From assembly GCA_900547565.1 (NCBI GenBank), contig URHI01000003.1, positions 1 through 50,574 on the forward strand: a stretch of DNA of 50,574 nucleotides. The letters run 5' to 3'. A model generated the notes under the pieces. The model was given only the letters and a program-made list of their open reading frames with translations. It made no database searches and had not been told where the DNA came from. How positions within the stretch are numbered: the stretch's first letter is position 1; every line of letters starts with the position of its first letter. The position numbers were made by a program, and so were the translations under genes. The stretch is from an uncultured Eubacteriales bacterium. Lineage in GTDB: Bacteria > Bacillota > Clostridia > Oscillospirales > CAG-272. Positions 7,616 to 17,257 of this stretch are shown in pieces.

Positions 7616-8300
7616 ATAAATAGTCTATCTGGGATTGTGTCAGTGGCCTCCAGAGCCCGACAGGCAGGGAGCCTATGGCGACGCGGCGCAGCTGTGTGAT
7701 TTTCATTCCGCACAGCTCGCACATTCTTCGGATCTGACGGTTTCGGCCCTCGTGCAGCGTGAATTCAAGTATGGTATAGCCGGCATTTCGACTTAGCAGC
7801 CGGATTGTAACGGGAGCAAGTACATAGCCGTCCAGCTCCCGTATGGCGCACAGCCGCGAAATATCGGCATCAGTAACGCTGCCGTGCACTGTGACGTGAT
7901 ATATTTTCGGGATTTCGTGACGCGGGTGAGTGAGGCGCAGGGTAAGCTCGCCGTCGTTGGTCAGCAACAACAGTCCCTCTGAGTCCATGTCAAGCCTTCC
8001 GACGGGATAGACGCGCACGCCGCAGTCAGAGACAAGCTCTGACACCGTATGCCTTCCGCGTTCATCGGACAGAGTTGTGACATATCCGCGAGGTTTGTTG
8101 AGCATGATGTACGTTTTTGGCGGCGGAGCAAATACGACCGGATTTCCGTCAAGCGTAACAGCGTCATGCTCCGGGTCTATCAACTGACCGATAGCCGCGG
8201 TAATTCCGTTTACAGATACCCGTCCTGCCGCTACTGCCGCCTCTGCCGCTCTGCGTGACATGATGGCGTTATCCGAAAAAAATTTTTGAATTCTGACCAT
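7599..8300 (-). CDS. RsuA/RluB-family pseudouridine synthase with an N-terminal S4 domain
   Basis: S4-like N-terminus (MSRRAAEAAVAAGRVSVNG) and catalytic motif PVGRLDMDSEGLLLLTNDG. ATG at 8300 preferred over the TTG at 8309 used in the track. Confidence 0.88.
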   Translation of the reverse strand: MVRIQKFFSDNAIMSRRAAEAAVAAGRVSVNGITAAIGQLIDPEHDAVTLDGNPVVFAPPPKTYIMLNKPRGYVTTLSDERGRHTVSELVSDCGVRVYPVGRLDMDSEGLLLLTNDGELTLRLTHPRHEIPKIYHVTVHGSVTDADISRLCAIRELDGYVLAPVTIRLLSRNAGYTILEFTLHEGRNRQIRRMCELCGMKITQLRRVAIGSLPVGLWRPLTQSQIDYLYGKDK

Positions 8301-8318
8301 TTTAAACAAACATATAAG

Positions 8319-9566
8319 TTATTGATACTCACGGCCGAACAGAGCCATGAGCCAGCGTATAAAGAAATTGTGCTTTTGTTTTACTGCTGCCCCGGTTTCG
8401 GCACACAGCGGCACACAGGCGATTATTTCACCGTCGCAGCGATATATAAGCCTGCCTACCTGCTGTCCTGCCGAAAAAGGCGCAATTAAAAAGCGGGGAG
8501 CTTCAACAGTACAGCTGATATCGCCGTGAGATGCCGGCAGGGTCAATGCGACCTGTGTGATATTTGAGCATATCACGCTGTCCTGACTGCCGCCGCAAAC
8601 CGCAAGGGATACTTTGTAGCTTCCCTTAGCGGCAAGCTCAAGTCTGACATACGAGGCAAAGCCCCAGTCGAGCATAGAGGTGTGGTCGCGCCAGTCGTCC
8701 GGTGCATTCAACGTCACGGCGACAAGGCGCATGCCGTCGCGTTCGGCTGCTGATACAAGACAGCGGCCGCACTTTTTGGTGTATCCCGTTTTTACACCGA
8801 TAGCCCCGTCATAGCTGCGCAGCATGCGGTTGTGGTTGACCAGCAACCGTATACCTTCGCCGCTGTTGAAGCTGATGTTTCGCTTGCGGGTCGAGACCAC
8901 AGCCAGAAAGTCCTCGTTGTTCAGCGCATAGCAGGACAGCTTTGCAAGATCATAGGCTGTTGTGTAGTGCTCGGGATCGTCAAGGCCGTGTGGGTTGGTA
9001 AAATGCGTTCCGGACAGTCCGAGCTCGGCGGCTCGGCGGTTCATCATATCGGCAAAGGCAGGGACACTGCCTGCAATCAAAATGGCAATTGCCTCTGCCG
9101 CGTCGTTGGCAGATTCCAGCATCAGTGCGTACACCAGCTCTTTCATAGTAAGCTTTTCGCCGTCCACCAGATATACCGACGAGCCTTCAATTCCCACCGC
9201 GGCGGCGGGAACAGTATATTCGGCATCGATATTGCCGTGCTCAAGCGCAATGAGAGCGGTCATGATCTTTGTTGTGCTGGCCATTGGTAGCTTTGAGGAC
9301 GCATTTTCCGAATACAGCGCCTCCCCGGTGTTACCGTCCATGAGTACCGACGCCTGCGCAGACAGTGACAGCACATCGCGATTAACGTCGGATATTTCCG
9401 GGGTATCTGCCCTGAGAAGCGGATTGTTTGCATTGCGTCCCGAGCCCGTTGTGCTGCGCTGCCGGTCAGCAGTCCCGTACGACAATGACGAAACGGGAAG
9501 TACAGCTGAGCAGAGCAGCACCGCAACGCACAATAACAGTGCAATGTATTTTGTTGAGTATGACAT
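8319..9566 (-). CDS. D-alanyl-D-alanine carboxypeptidase (PBP5/DacB-like, S11 peptidase)
   Basis: Signal/anchor sequence followed by SxxK (ASTTK), SxN (ESAND) and KTG (VKTGYT) motifs. ATG at 9566 follows a GGGGG SD; the track starts at GTG 9572. Confidence 0.88.
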   Translation of the reverse strand: MSYSTKYIALLLCVAVLLCSAVLPVSSLSYGTADRQRSTTGSGRNANNPLLRADTPEISDVNRDVLSLSAQASVLMDGNTGEALYSENASSKLPMASTTKIMTALIALEHGNIDAEYTVPAAAVGIEGSSVYLVDGEKLTMKELVYALMLESANDAAEAIAILIAGSVPAFADMMNRRAAELGLSGTHFTNPHGLDDPEHYTTAYDLAKLSCYALNNEDFLAVVSTRKRNISFNSGEGIRLLVNHNRMLRSYDGAIGVKTGYTKKCGRCLVSAAERDGMRLVAVTLNAPDDWRDHTSMLDWGFASYVRLELAAKGSYKVSLAVCGGSQDSVICSNITQVALTLPASHGDISCTVEAPRFLIAPFSAGQQVGRLIYRCDGEIIACVPLCAETGAAVKQKHNFFIRWLMALFGREYQ

Positions 9567-9626
9567 AAGCACCCCCGGACAACATAATATTTCAATCTAT
9601 TATATTGCTCCGGGGAATGGTGTATG

Positions 9627-10058
9627 TCATTCTTCTGCGGCTTTTTCGGCGTCGGATTTCTTTTTGAATACCTTTTTGATACCGTTGAGTATTTCGGGGC
9701 TACGTTCAATGATTCCGGCGATTTGCTCGACGGGATCGGACTGTGCAGGTGTACCGATGTTGATCATTTCGACGTTCCCGTCGGCGCCTACAACCAAAAA
9801 TCCCACCGGGGATACCGACAGTCCCGAGCCGCCGCCACCGCCAAAGTTCTGGGTATCGGACGGCTTACTCGGCGCCTGCTTTCCGAAATAGTCCACGCCG
9901 CCTGAAGCGAAGCCCACCGAAACCTTGGATACGGGAATGATGGTTACACCTCCCGGAGTGATGTAGGGCGTGCCTATGACAGTGTTGGCATCCACCATGG
10001 AGCGCATGTTTTCAAGTGATGTGCGTATGATCTCTTCAATCTTGTTTTCGTTTGCCAT
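9627..10058 (-). CDS. ytfJ: sporulation protein YtfJ (GerW family)
   Basis: 143 aa. ...VIGTPYITPGGVTIIPVSKVSVGFASGG... and GGGGGSG...PVGFLVV are typical of YtfJ/GerW. Confidence 0.85.
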   Translation of the reverse strand: MANENKIEEIIRTSLENMRSMVDANTVIGTPYITPGGVTIIPVSKVSVGFASGGVDYFGKQAPSKPSDTQNFGGGGGSGLSVSPVGFLVVGADGNVEMINIGTPAQSDPVEQIAGIIERSPEILNGIKKVFKKKSDAEKAAEE

Positions 10059-10087
10059 TTTGTAAACCTTTCTCCGAAGTCGGGCTG

Positions 10088-10834
10088 TTATGCCGCGCCC
10101 TCCGATCCGTTTTTATTTTTAATTTTTTTGACCTTCATAAATTTGCGTATGTCGTCCGGGGAATGAATACCCGATCGGTACAGCAGGCTGAGCAAGCGGC
10201 GAAGACGCACGGTGACCGTAATGCGGATGTCCAGCTTGTTTTTTTCGGCGCAGAAATCCGGAGCCACATGAAGCGTGGCACGGCGTGGCATATCAAAATC
10301 GGTAGTGTTGCGCAGAAATTCCATAAGATATCCTACGCCCTGAACCACCCCTCCGTAAAGAATTGCCGTAGAGGCAGGGTCACCGGTAGCAACCATCACA
10401 TTAAGGTGAAGCAGGCGAATTTTCAGTCGCCCGGCGAACTGTGTGCAGAACACCTTGATCACATTCAATACAAACTTGATGATGTACATGACATCCGGGA
10501 CTGTTTTATATTGTTCATCCTGCGGTTCTGCGGCTTTTTTCAGGCGCTTTGCCGCCCGCGCACGGAGCTTTTTCTGTTCACGGCGGCGCCTGCGTTCCAC
10601 TTTTTTCAGCGTATAATCCGATACTCGAACGCGCCGGGTCTTGTGTTCGTCATTGACGCCGAAGCTGAACACACGTATGCCGTAAACATAGAATTTAAGG
10701 CTGACAATGTCGTCGTTGTTGCCTATTATCAGTATTTTGACTCCGGCGGTGAGCACTATCAGCGCTATCAGCAACAAAAGAGCCACCGGTATTGCCGGCA
10801 GTATCCACAACAGCTTAATTGCGCTCACCTCCAA
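10088..10834 (-). CDS. DUF2953-family membrane protein (YtfI-like)
   Basis: N-terminal TM helix, a highly basic RRRRREQKKLRARAAKRLKK segment, and position directly upstream of ytfJ as in Bacillus ytfI-ytfJ. The exact start is uncertain (TTG/GTG next to GGAGG). Confidence 0.7.
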   Translation of the reverse strand: MEVSAIKLLWILPAIPVALLLLIALIVLTAGVKILIIGNNDDIVSLKFYVYGIRVFSFGVNDEHKTRRVRVSDYTLKKVERRRRREQKKLRARAAKRLKKAAEPQDEQYKTVPDVMYIIKFVLNVIKVFCTQFAGRLKIRLLHLNVMVATGDPASTAILYGGVVQGVGYLMEFLRNTTDFDMPRRATLHVAPDFCAEKNKLDIRITVTVRLRRLLSLLYRSGIHSPDDIRKFMKVKKIKNKNGSEGAA

Positions 10835-10862
10835 TTGTTTCTTATGTAATTATTTCCCCTGC

Positions 10863-11501
10863 TCAGTGTTCTAATGCAGCGTCATCGGCATTGTCCGGCT
10901 TTTGCTCATCTGATATCGGTGTCGCACCGGAAGCTACCGCAGGGTCGGATTGTGCTTTTTCCGGCGGAACCAGCGCTTCGGCTGCCGGCAGCTCTGACAG
11001 TGAATTGATGCCGAATACTCTCAGAAACTTGTCTGTCGTGCCGTATAGCATCGGACGCCCGGGCGCGTCAAGCCGTCCCACTCCCTCGATCAACCCTTTG
11101 TCTATCAGGGAACCGACTGCATAAGAGCTGTCGACGCCCCGTACGGCGTCGATAAACGCGCGCGTAGTCGGCTGATTATATGCGACTACCGCCAGCACCT
11201 CCATGGACGATGCCGAAAGGTTGCCGCCGCGGCGTATGCCCAGTGCCTCGCGTATATATGGAGCAAAGCGTTCCTTGGTGCACAACTGGCAGGCGTCGTC
11301 AAAGGTCAGCAGATTAAGTCCGCGCGGCGAGTCCTCGGCGTTGATGGATACTGCCATGTTTTCGACCAGCAGTCGTATGTCCTTGGGCGGCAGTCCCAGC
11401 ACTTCGGACAGCTTTTCATATTTTACGGGATATCCGGCGGCAAACAGTATCGCTTCGATCGCGGCTTCCACGTTTGTAATTACGGGCATAGAGTCATTCA
11501 T
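10863..11501 (-). CDS. scpB: segregation and condensation protein B
   Basis: ...EAAIEAILFAAG.P......L...L...... and ...S.A..EVLAVVAYNQP.TRA.ID..RGV.S......L...GLI...GR.D.PGRP.LYGTT..FL..FG.. pattern. Confidence 0.92.
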   Translation of the reverse strand: MNDSMPVITNVEAAIEAILFAAGYPVKYEKLSEVLGLPPKDIRLLVENMAVSINAEDSPRGLNLLTFDDACQLCTKERFAPYIREALGIRRGGNLSASSMEVLAVVAYNQPTTRAFIDAVRGVDSSYAVGSLIDKGLIEGVGRLDAPGRPMLYGTTDKFLRVFGINSLSELPAAEALVPPEKAQSDPAVASGATPISDEQKPDNADDAALEH

Positions 11502-11521
11502 TTATTTGAGGTCCTTTCGCA

Positions 11522-12307
11522 TCAATAAGCGTCGCCGACATGTTCCTCATCCGTCAGAACCGTTGAGTCGTCGGTGTTCAGAATAAACTTGGTATCCAGT
11601 CCGTGGAGTGAGTCGGGAATATAAGTATCATCGCTTTCATCTATTAGCAGGCGGCGTATCTTGACCAGCTCGAGCACGCCGACAAATGCAGCGATAAGGT
11701 CGGGCAGTGTCTGCTCGTCACCGATAAGCTCATTGAGAGAGGCGTGTCCTGTTTTACGTATGCGGTTTAGCATACCTGCAATTTTGACCTCGACTGAAAC
11801 CACCCTTTTGCTTATCATGGGCGTGAATGCGTGTGCCTTTGCGTCCTCCATGGCGTCCATATAACTGCGGACGCGGCGCATTGCCAGCCGGAGCGACTCT
11901 ACGCTCTGATCGGCTACAAAGCTACGGTCAACCGAGATCTCGTCGGTGTCCTTGACCATACGACCGCTGTAAATAACATACTGCTCGGCCATACGAACTG
12001 CAGCCGCCTTAGCTTGCTGATACCGCAGCAGTGCGTCAGTGATCACCTTGCGCGGGTCCTCAGTATCCTCGGAAGGACGCGGCAGCAGCATGCGGCTTTT
12101 GATGAGCATAAGCTCGCTTGCCATTACAATGAATTCCGAGGCAAGCTCCATGTCCATTGCCTGCGCGGCTTTTATATACTCAATGTACTGCTCGCAGATG
12201 AGCGATATGGGTATGTCTTCTATATTTACCTTGTTCTTTGATATCAGCGCTAAGAGCAGGTCGAGCGGCCCCTCGAAGCTGTCGAGCTTATATTGAATGG
12301 CTTCCAT
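11522..12307 (-). CDS. scpA: segregation and condensation protein A
   Basis: L..FEGPLDLLL.LI.K.K..I.DI.I..I..QY..Y N-terminus; directly upstream of scpB. Confidence 0.92.
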   Translation of the reverse strand: MEAIQYKLDSFEGPLDLLLALISKNKVNIEDIPISLICEQYIEYIKAAQAMDMELASEFIVMASELMLIKSRMLLPRPSEDTEDPRKVITDALLRYQQAKAAAVRMAEQYVIYSGRMVKDTDEISVDRSFVADQSVESLRLAMRRVRSYMDAMEDAKAHAFTPMISKRVVSVEVKIAGMLNRIRKTGHASLNELIGDEQTLPDLIAAFVGVLELVKIRRLLIDESDDTYIPDSLHGLDTKFILNTDDSTVLTDEEHVGDAY

Positions 12308-12340
12308 AATATTATAAGATCTCCGGAGTCATAAAAAGAT

Positions 12341-13015
12341 CTAGTTGCCGAGGCCGACAATATACATCATGCCTTTGAAAATGCCTCTTGTGACAAAGCT
12401 GATGACCGGCGAAAGCACGCCGGTGATGAGCAGTACCATTACCACGATATTGATGATGCGCTCATATTTCATTATGCCGAAGTACCACTTGGGCGGTAGG
12501 AAAACATAGAACAGCCGTGAGCCGTCAAGCGGAGGTACGGGCAACAGGTTGAACACCGCCAGCGTTATATTCATGTAAGCTGCGTAATAGCAGAAAATGG
12601 ACAACAGCTCAAAGTAAATGTTTTCGCCGTGCCAGAAAATGAAGATAAGGCGTATAAACAGCACATTGACAAATGCCAGAAGCAGGTTGGATATCGGTCC
12701 TGCAGCAGCGGACAGTGCCATATCTCGGCGTGGGTTTTTGAAGTTGCGGGTGTTGATCGGAACCGGATTTGCCCAACCAAATCCGGCAATAAGCATACAG
12801 AGAAAGCCTATGGGGTCAAGATGTTTTATTGGATTAAGCGTCAGACGCCCCATGTTTTTTGCGGTGGGGTCGCCGAGCCTATAAGCTATATAACCGTGCG
12901 CCGTTTCGTGCAATGACAGTGAGAAGAGTATTATGATAATGCTGAACAGCACGCTTACTATCGTCATAGTAAGGTCTCCGCCGCTTTGGTAGCTTCTTAT
13001 TATATCAAGCAGCAT
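12341..13015 (-). CDS. site-2 protease family (M50) membrane metalloprotease
   Basis: HETAHGY (HExxH) in the first TM region and NLLPVPPLDGS (the M50 LDG motif); polytopic. Confidence 0.85.
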   Translation of the reverse strand: MLLDIIRSYQSGGDLTMTIVSVLFSIIIILFSLSLHETAHGYIAYRLGDPTAKNMGRLTLNPIKHLDPIGFLCMLIAGFGWANPVPINTRNFKNPRRDMALSAAAGPISNLLLAFVNVLFIRLIFIFWHGENIYFELLSIFCYYAAYMNITLAVFNLLPVPPLDGSRLFYVFLPPKWYFGIMKYERIINIVVMVLLITGVLSPVISFVTRGIFKGMMYIVGLGN

Positions 13016-13018
13016 TAT

Positions 13019-13630
13019 TCAGTTCCTTTCAGAGATATGTGCGGCGTCAAGTATTGCGCGCCACAGTTCGTCGCGCCCTTCGCCGTTATGAGACGAAAAG
13101 GGAATTGTGCGGACACCCGCGGCCAACTTGTGGCCTTCGATCGCAGGCAGAGCCGCTGTCCGCTCGCTTTTGTTAAGCTTGTCTGTTTTTGTTATGACTA
13201 TGACATACGGCAGATTCGAGTGACGAAGATAATCCAGCATCATGGCGTCATCCTGCGTAATTCCCACGCGGCAGTCAATCAGCTGTACGACCAGCCGCAG
13301 AAGGTCGATGTTAGGATTTTTTGTGAAGTATCCGTCTGTCAGTGCAGACCATTTTTGCTTGTCGCAATGCGGGCGGCGGGCAAAGCCGTAGCCCGGCAGG
13401 TCGACTAAAAACAGTTTTTTGTCAACATCGTAGAAGTTTATGGTGATTGTCTTACCGGGAGATGAACTGACACGTGCCAGGCTTTTGCGGCCGAGCAGGG
13501 TATTTATAAGCGAGCTTTTGCCCACGTTGGAACGACCGGAAAAAGCTATCTGAGGCATGGGATCTGCCGGGAACTGACGTATGAACCCGGCACTGATGCG
13601 CAGAGCTATGTTGTTAAGGTTGAGCGCCAT
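13019..13630 (-). CDS. engB: ribosome-biogenesis GTPase EngB/YsxC/YihA
   Basis: G1 GRSNVGKSSLIN, G3 DLPGYG, G4 TKTDK. Immediately downstream of lon, as in Bacillus lonA-ysxC. Confidence 0.93.
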   Translation of the reverse strand: MALNLNNIALRISAGFIRQFPADPMPQIAFSGRSNVGKSSLINTLLGRKSLARVSSSPGKTITINFYDVDKKLFLVDLPGYGFARRPHCDKQKWSALTDGYFTKNPNIDLLRLVVQLIDCRVGITQDDAMMLDYLRHSNLPYVIVITKTDKLNKSERTAALPAIEGHKLAAGVRTIPFSSHNGEGRDELWRAILDAAHISERN

Positions 13631-16061
13631 AATGATCTCCGTTTACGGTGTTGTTATTGTGGATATGCGGCGACAGGTCGGATATTGCGTCGACATTTTC
13701 CGCGCCGTGCGGTACGGAAATGCCGGGGATCGACATCGGAGCCTCGGTGAGAGCCGCCTGTAGCACTTCGGATACATTTTTGACCGGTATGAACTTTATA
13801 CTCTGTCTTACGGTGGGATCGATCTCTTCAAGGTCCGGGACGTTCTGCTCGGGTATCAGTACCGTTTTTACACCGGCGTTGAATGCCGCAAGAGTTTTCT
13901 CCTTAAGACCGCCTATGGGCAGTACTTTGCCGAGCAAAGTTACCTCGCCGGTCATCGCCACATCGCGGTGCACCGGGCGTCCGGTCAGCGCACTGACAAG
14001 TCCCGTTACCATTGTTACGCCGGCTGACGGGCCGTCTTTGGGCACTGCACCCTCGGGAGCGTGAATGTGTATGTCTTTGGTTTTGTAAAAGTCATGGGGG
14101 ATACCGTACCTGTCAGCCACATAGCGAACATAACTGACCGCTATCTGAGCTGACTCCTTCATGACTTCACCGAGAGAGCCGGTAAGCTCAATTTTACCGG
14201 TTCCGTCAAGTATTGCAACTTCGATCTTAAGCATATCGCCGCCGACCTCAGTCCACGCCAGTCCGTTTACAACACCCACCTGATCGTCGGCTTCTATGCG
14301 ATCGCCGGTGAATTTGCGGACACCGAGATAAGCCGGCAGGTCGTCGCGGTCGATTACGACGCGTGACACACCGTCCGTTACGATTCGCTTTGCCGCTTTA
14401 CGGCACAGCGCTGCTATATCTCGCTCAAGGTTGCGTACGCCCGCCTCGCGGGTATAAGAGGCGATTATATCTTCCAGTGCGGCATCTGTAATGCGAACCA
14501 TGCGGCGGTTAAGACCGTGTCGGCTCAGCTGCTTTCCGAGCAGGTGATGCTTGGCGATGCTCAGCTTTTCGGCCGGAGTATAGGTATGTAGCTCTATAAC
14601 CTCCATACGGTCGAGAAGCGGGCGCGGAATAGTGTCAAGCGTGTTTGCCGTTGTGATGAACAGACATTCGGAAAGGTCAAACGGCAGTTCTATGAAGTGG
14701 TCACGGAAGGTCTTGTTCTGTTCCGGATCGAGCACCTCAAGAAGCGCCGAAGAAGGATCACCGTGCGCGTCGCGCGTCAGTTTATCGACTTCGTCCAGCA
14801 GTATAAGTGGATTGCGGACCTTGACCTGTGCCATGGCAGTCATAACGCGTCCGGGCATGGCTCCGATATAGGTCTTGCGGTGGCCGCGTATATCGGCCTC
14901 GTCGCGTACACCGCCCAACGAAACACGTACATACTTGCGTCCGGTAGCCTTGGCTATTGATGCTGCTACAGAGGTCTTGCCGGTCCCGGGAGGGCCAACG
15001 AGGCAGATTATCTGACTTTTAAGCTCAGGTGTGAGCTGCTTTACCGCTATGAATTCAAGTATGCGCTCCTTGACCTTTTCGAGTCCGTCGTGATCCGCAT
15101 CAAGAATTTTGCGCGCCGCCTGGACATTGGCACGCTCACGTGTCACCTTGTGCCACGGAAGCTCGAGGCAGGTTTCAAGATATGTGCGTATAACGCTGGC
15201 CTCGGCTGAACCGAACGGGACCTTGGAAAGACGGTCGTTTTCTTTGAGCAGCTTTTCTTCAACCTCATGCGGCAGGTGAGCGGCGATTATCCGGTTGTAG
15301 AATTCTTCATTTTCGTTGTCGCCCTCGCCTAGTTCATCTTCAATCACTCGCATCTGCTCTCGCAGATAGTAGTCTCGGCGTTCACGGTTAAGATGCTCCT
15401 GGACTTTGGCGTGAATGTCATACTCGTACGACAGCAGCTGACGTTCTTCCTCAAGCAGCCGTGCCACCAGCGACAGCCGCTCAATAGGGCCGAACTGCTC
15501 GAGTACCGCCTGTTTGTCCTCTGTCTTGACAAGAAAGCCGGACGCGACGTAGTCGGCAAGCATTGACGGGTTTTTGATCGCCTTTGCTGCCGTGAACAGC
15601 TCCTTTGAGATGTGCGGTAGAAACGGCTGAATACCGTCGAGCACAGACAGGACTTCGCGCATATATGCCTCGGTTTTTATATCGGTATCGTCAAGATACA
15701 GGCTTTTGCAGATAAGATCGGCGGAAATATAATCTCCGTCTGCATTATAACTGACTACGCTGGCGCGGCTGATGCCGACGAATGTCAGTTGCATATTGCC
15801 ATCTGGCGTGCGCAGCGCGTTTTTGATTTTTGCAGTAGTGCCGACGTAGCACAGGCAGTCAGTCTGCGGTTCACCCTCGCATGGACGCTTGAGTGTGACT
15901 AAAAATATTTTATGGCCGGATGACACGGCCGCATCTGCGGCAGCCATGCTGACACGGTCGGTTATTTCAACGCTGGTGGATATGGACGGAAACGCCACTG
16001 TATCCCGGAGTATGACTACCGGAAGAGTTGCTTCCGAAATTTTTTCTAAATAACTGGACAT
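13614..16061 (-). CDS. lon: ATP-dependent Lon protease (LonA)
   Basis: 815 aa. LON N-domain, Walker A GPPGTGKTS, Walker B ILLDEVDK, catalytic Ser in PKDGPSAGV. The 3' end overlaps the engB start by 17 nt. Confidence 0.96.
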   Translation of the reverse strand: MSSYLEKISEATLPVVILRDTVAFPSISTSVEITDRVSMAAADAAVSSGHKIFLVTLKRPCEGEPQTDCLCYVGTTAKIKNALRTPDGNMQLTFVGISRASVVSYNADGDYISADLICKSLYLDDTDIKTEAYMREVLSVLDGIQPFLPHISKELFTAAKAIKNPSMLADYVASGFLVKTEDKQAVLEQFGPIERLSLVARLLEEERQLLSYEYDIHAKVQEHLNRERRDYYLREQMRVIEDELGEGDNENEEFYNRIIAAHLPHEVEEKLLKENDRLSKVPFGSAEASVIRTYLETCLELPWHKVTRERANVQAARKILDADHDGLEKVKERILEFIAVKQLTPELKSQIICLVGPPGTGKTSVAASIAKATGRKYVRVSLGGVRDEADIRGHRKTYIGAMPGRVMTAMAQVKVRNPLILLDEVDKLTRDAHGDPSSALLEVLDPEQNKTFRDHFIELPFDLSECLFITTANTLDTIPRPLLDRMEVIELHTYTPAEKLSIAKHHLLGKQLSRHGLNRRMVRITDAALEDIIASYTREAGVRNLERDIAALCRKAAKRIVTDGVSRVVIDRDDLPAYLGVRKFTGDRIEADDQVGVVNGLAWTEVGGDMLKIEVAILDGTGKIELTGSLGEVMKESAQIAVSYVRYVADRYGIPHDFYKTKDIHIHAPEGAVPKDGPSAGVTMVTGLVSALTGRPVHRDVAMTGEVTLLGKVLPIGGLKEKTLAAFNAGVKTVLIPEQNVPDLEEIDPTVRQSIKFIPVKNVSEVLQAALTEAPMSIPGISVPHGAENVDAISDLSPHIHNNNTVNGDHYGAQP

Positions 16062-16501
16062 GAATATTTCCTTTCAGGGTAAATTGAACAGATACTAAAT
16101 CATCAATTTAATATTATATCACACACTATGTTCTTTTTCCATATCTTTTTTGAAATTTTACTAAATAATCGTGCTGCTGACACATATCCGTCACAGCCAC
16201 GGCAAAAAACAAAAGCACAACGAGCGACCGTTGATGCGCGTTGATACCATGAGATTGATATTCCGCAAAATCCGGTGACTGGTTGTGCATAGGGGGTGCG
16301 AGTCTTGCCTTCCTCGCATGGCTCTATTATACTACTAATGCCGACCTTTGTAAATTATCAAAAATGACGATTTTTCGGTGAAAAATTCGTTAAAAAAGAT
16401 ACAGCAGAGAAAAAAGAGAGCATTATTATGTCGAATTTGGCCAAAATGCCTACTTGACATAAAAAGAGAACTATTTGTTTGCGGATTTTTTAAAAAAAGG
16501 C

Positions 16502-16530
16502 TTGACAAGCATCTTAACCGGTGCTATAAT
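16502..16530 (+). promoter_or_regulatory. consensus sigma-A promoter of the infC-rpmI-rplT operon
   Basis: TTGACA (16502-16507), exactly 17 nt, TATAAT (16525-16530). Confidence 0.8.
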
Positions 16531-16656
16531 AATGGAGCAAAAAGAAGCAGAGCCTCCGCTCTCACCCTGCCACAGCAGTGCGCTGGGTTGATAACACGTA
16601 TCCCGTACGGGATTTTGTCGCGCGGAGAACTGCTTTCCGAGCGATTTTATTTTTTT
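16531..16656 (+). promoter_or_regulatory. structured 5' leader with a terminator-like attenuator (candidate L20 leader)
   Basis: Hairpins AGAGC-CTCC-GCTCT (16549-16562) and the palindrome ATCCCGTACGGGAT (16600-16613). Then TCGCGCGGA-9 nt-TCCGAGCGA (16618-16644; 9 stem positions, 8 paired plus one internal mismatch) followed by TTTTATTTTTTT (16645-16656), directly before the infC SD. Position and architecture match the L20-responsive attenuator described for Bacillus subtilis infC. Confidence 0.55.
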
Positions 16657-16668
16657 GGGGGTGTTAAC

Positions 16669-17187
16669 ATCGCAACAAAAGATATGCTCATCAATGACGA
16701 TATCCGCGCAAAAGAGGTTCGGGTAATCGGTGAGGATGGAGAACAATTGGGAATTATGAGTGGCGACGCAGCAAAGCATGCTGCCGCGGAAGCGGGTCTT
16801 GACTTGGTTATGATCGCCCCTACGGCGACTCCGCCGGTATGCAAGATCATGGATTTCGGTAAATTCCGTTTTGAACGCGACAAGCGTGAAAAGGAAGCCA
16901 AGAAAAAACAGCAGACCGTTGAGCTCAAGGAGATTCAGCTGTCCTGCCGCATTGACACTCACGATTTTGAAACCAAGGTGAGACATGCGCTACGCTTTCT
17001 CGGAGATGGAAATAAGGTTAGGGTAGTCATGCGCTTCAAGGGGCGTGAAATGGCACATATTGCGCTTGGCCGTGAGATCATTGAGAAGTTCGAGCAGGCA
17101 TGTTCCGAGGCAGGTACGACTGATAAGCGGCCGGTGCTTGACGGACGTTTTATGAGTATGGTGCTCAGCCCGATAAAGGCTAAATAA
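16669..17187 (+). CDS. infC: translation initiation factor IF-3
   Basis: ...LINDDIRAKEVRVIGEDGEQLGIMS...PPVCKIMDFGKFRFE..K......KKQ......KE..L...I..HD...K... is canonical IF-3. Probable non-AUG start ATC at 16669, 7 nt after the GGGGG SD (16657-16661). The first in-frame ATG (16684) is 22 nt from the SD. The track ORF beginning at 16378 runs through the promoter and leader. Confidence 0.9.
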   Translation: MATKDMLINDDIRAKEVRVIGEDGEQLGIMSGDAAKHAAAEAGLDLVMIAPTATPPVCKIMDFGKFRFERDKREKEAKKKQQTVELKEIQLSCRIDTHDFETKVRHALRFLGDGNKVRVVMRFKGREMAHIALGREIIEKFEQACSEAGTTDKRPVLDGRFMSMVLSPIKAK

Positions 17188-17257
17188 GTTCATATTGACC
17201 CGCCCGGCGGGCTTGATTGATATATTTTGTTTCAAAGCAAAAAGGAGATATTACACA

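Noticed and set aside
16062-16500. 440-bp lon/infC intergenic region as a possible unannotated sRNA or small gene
   Set aside because: I found only promoter-like elements for the two divergent operons and weak imperfect hairpins. There is no terminator-bounded unit and no SD-preceded small ORF. A covariance-model scan would be needed to say more.
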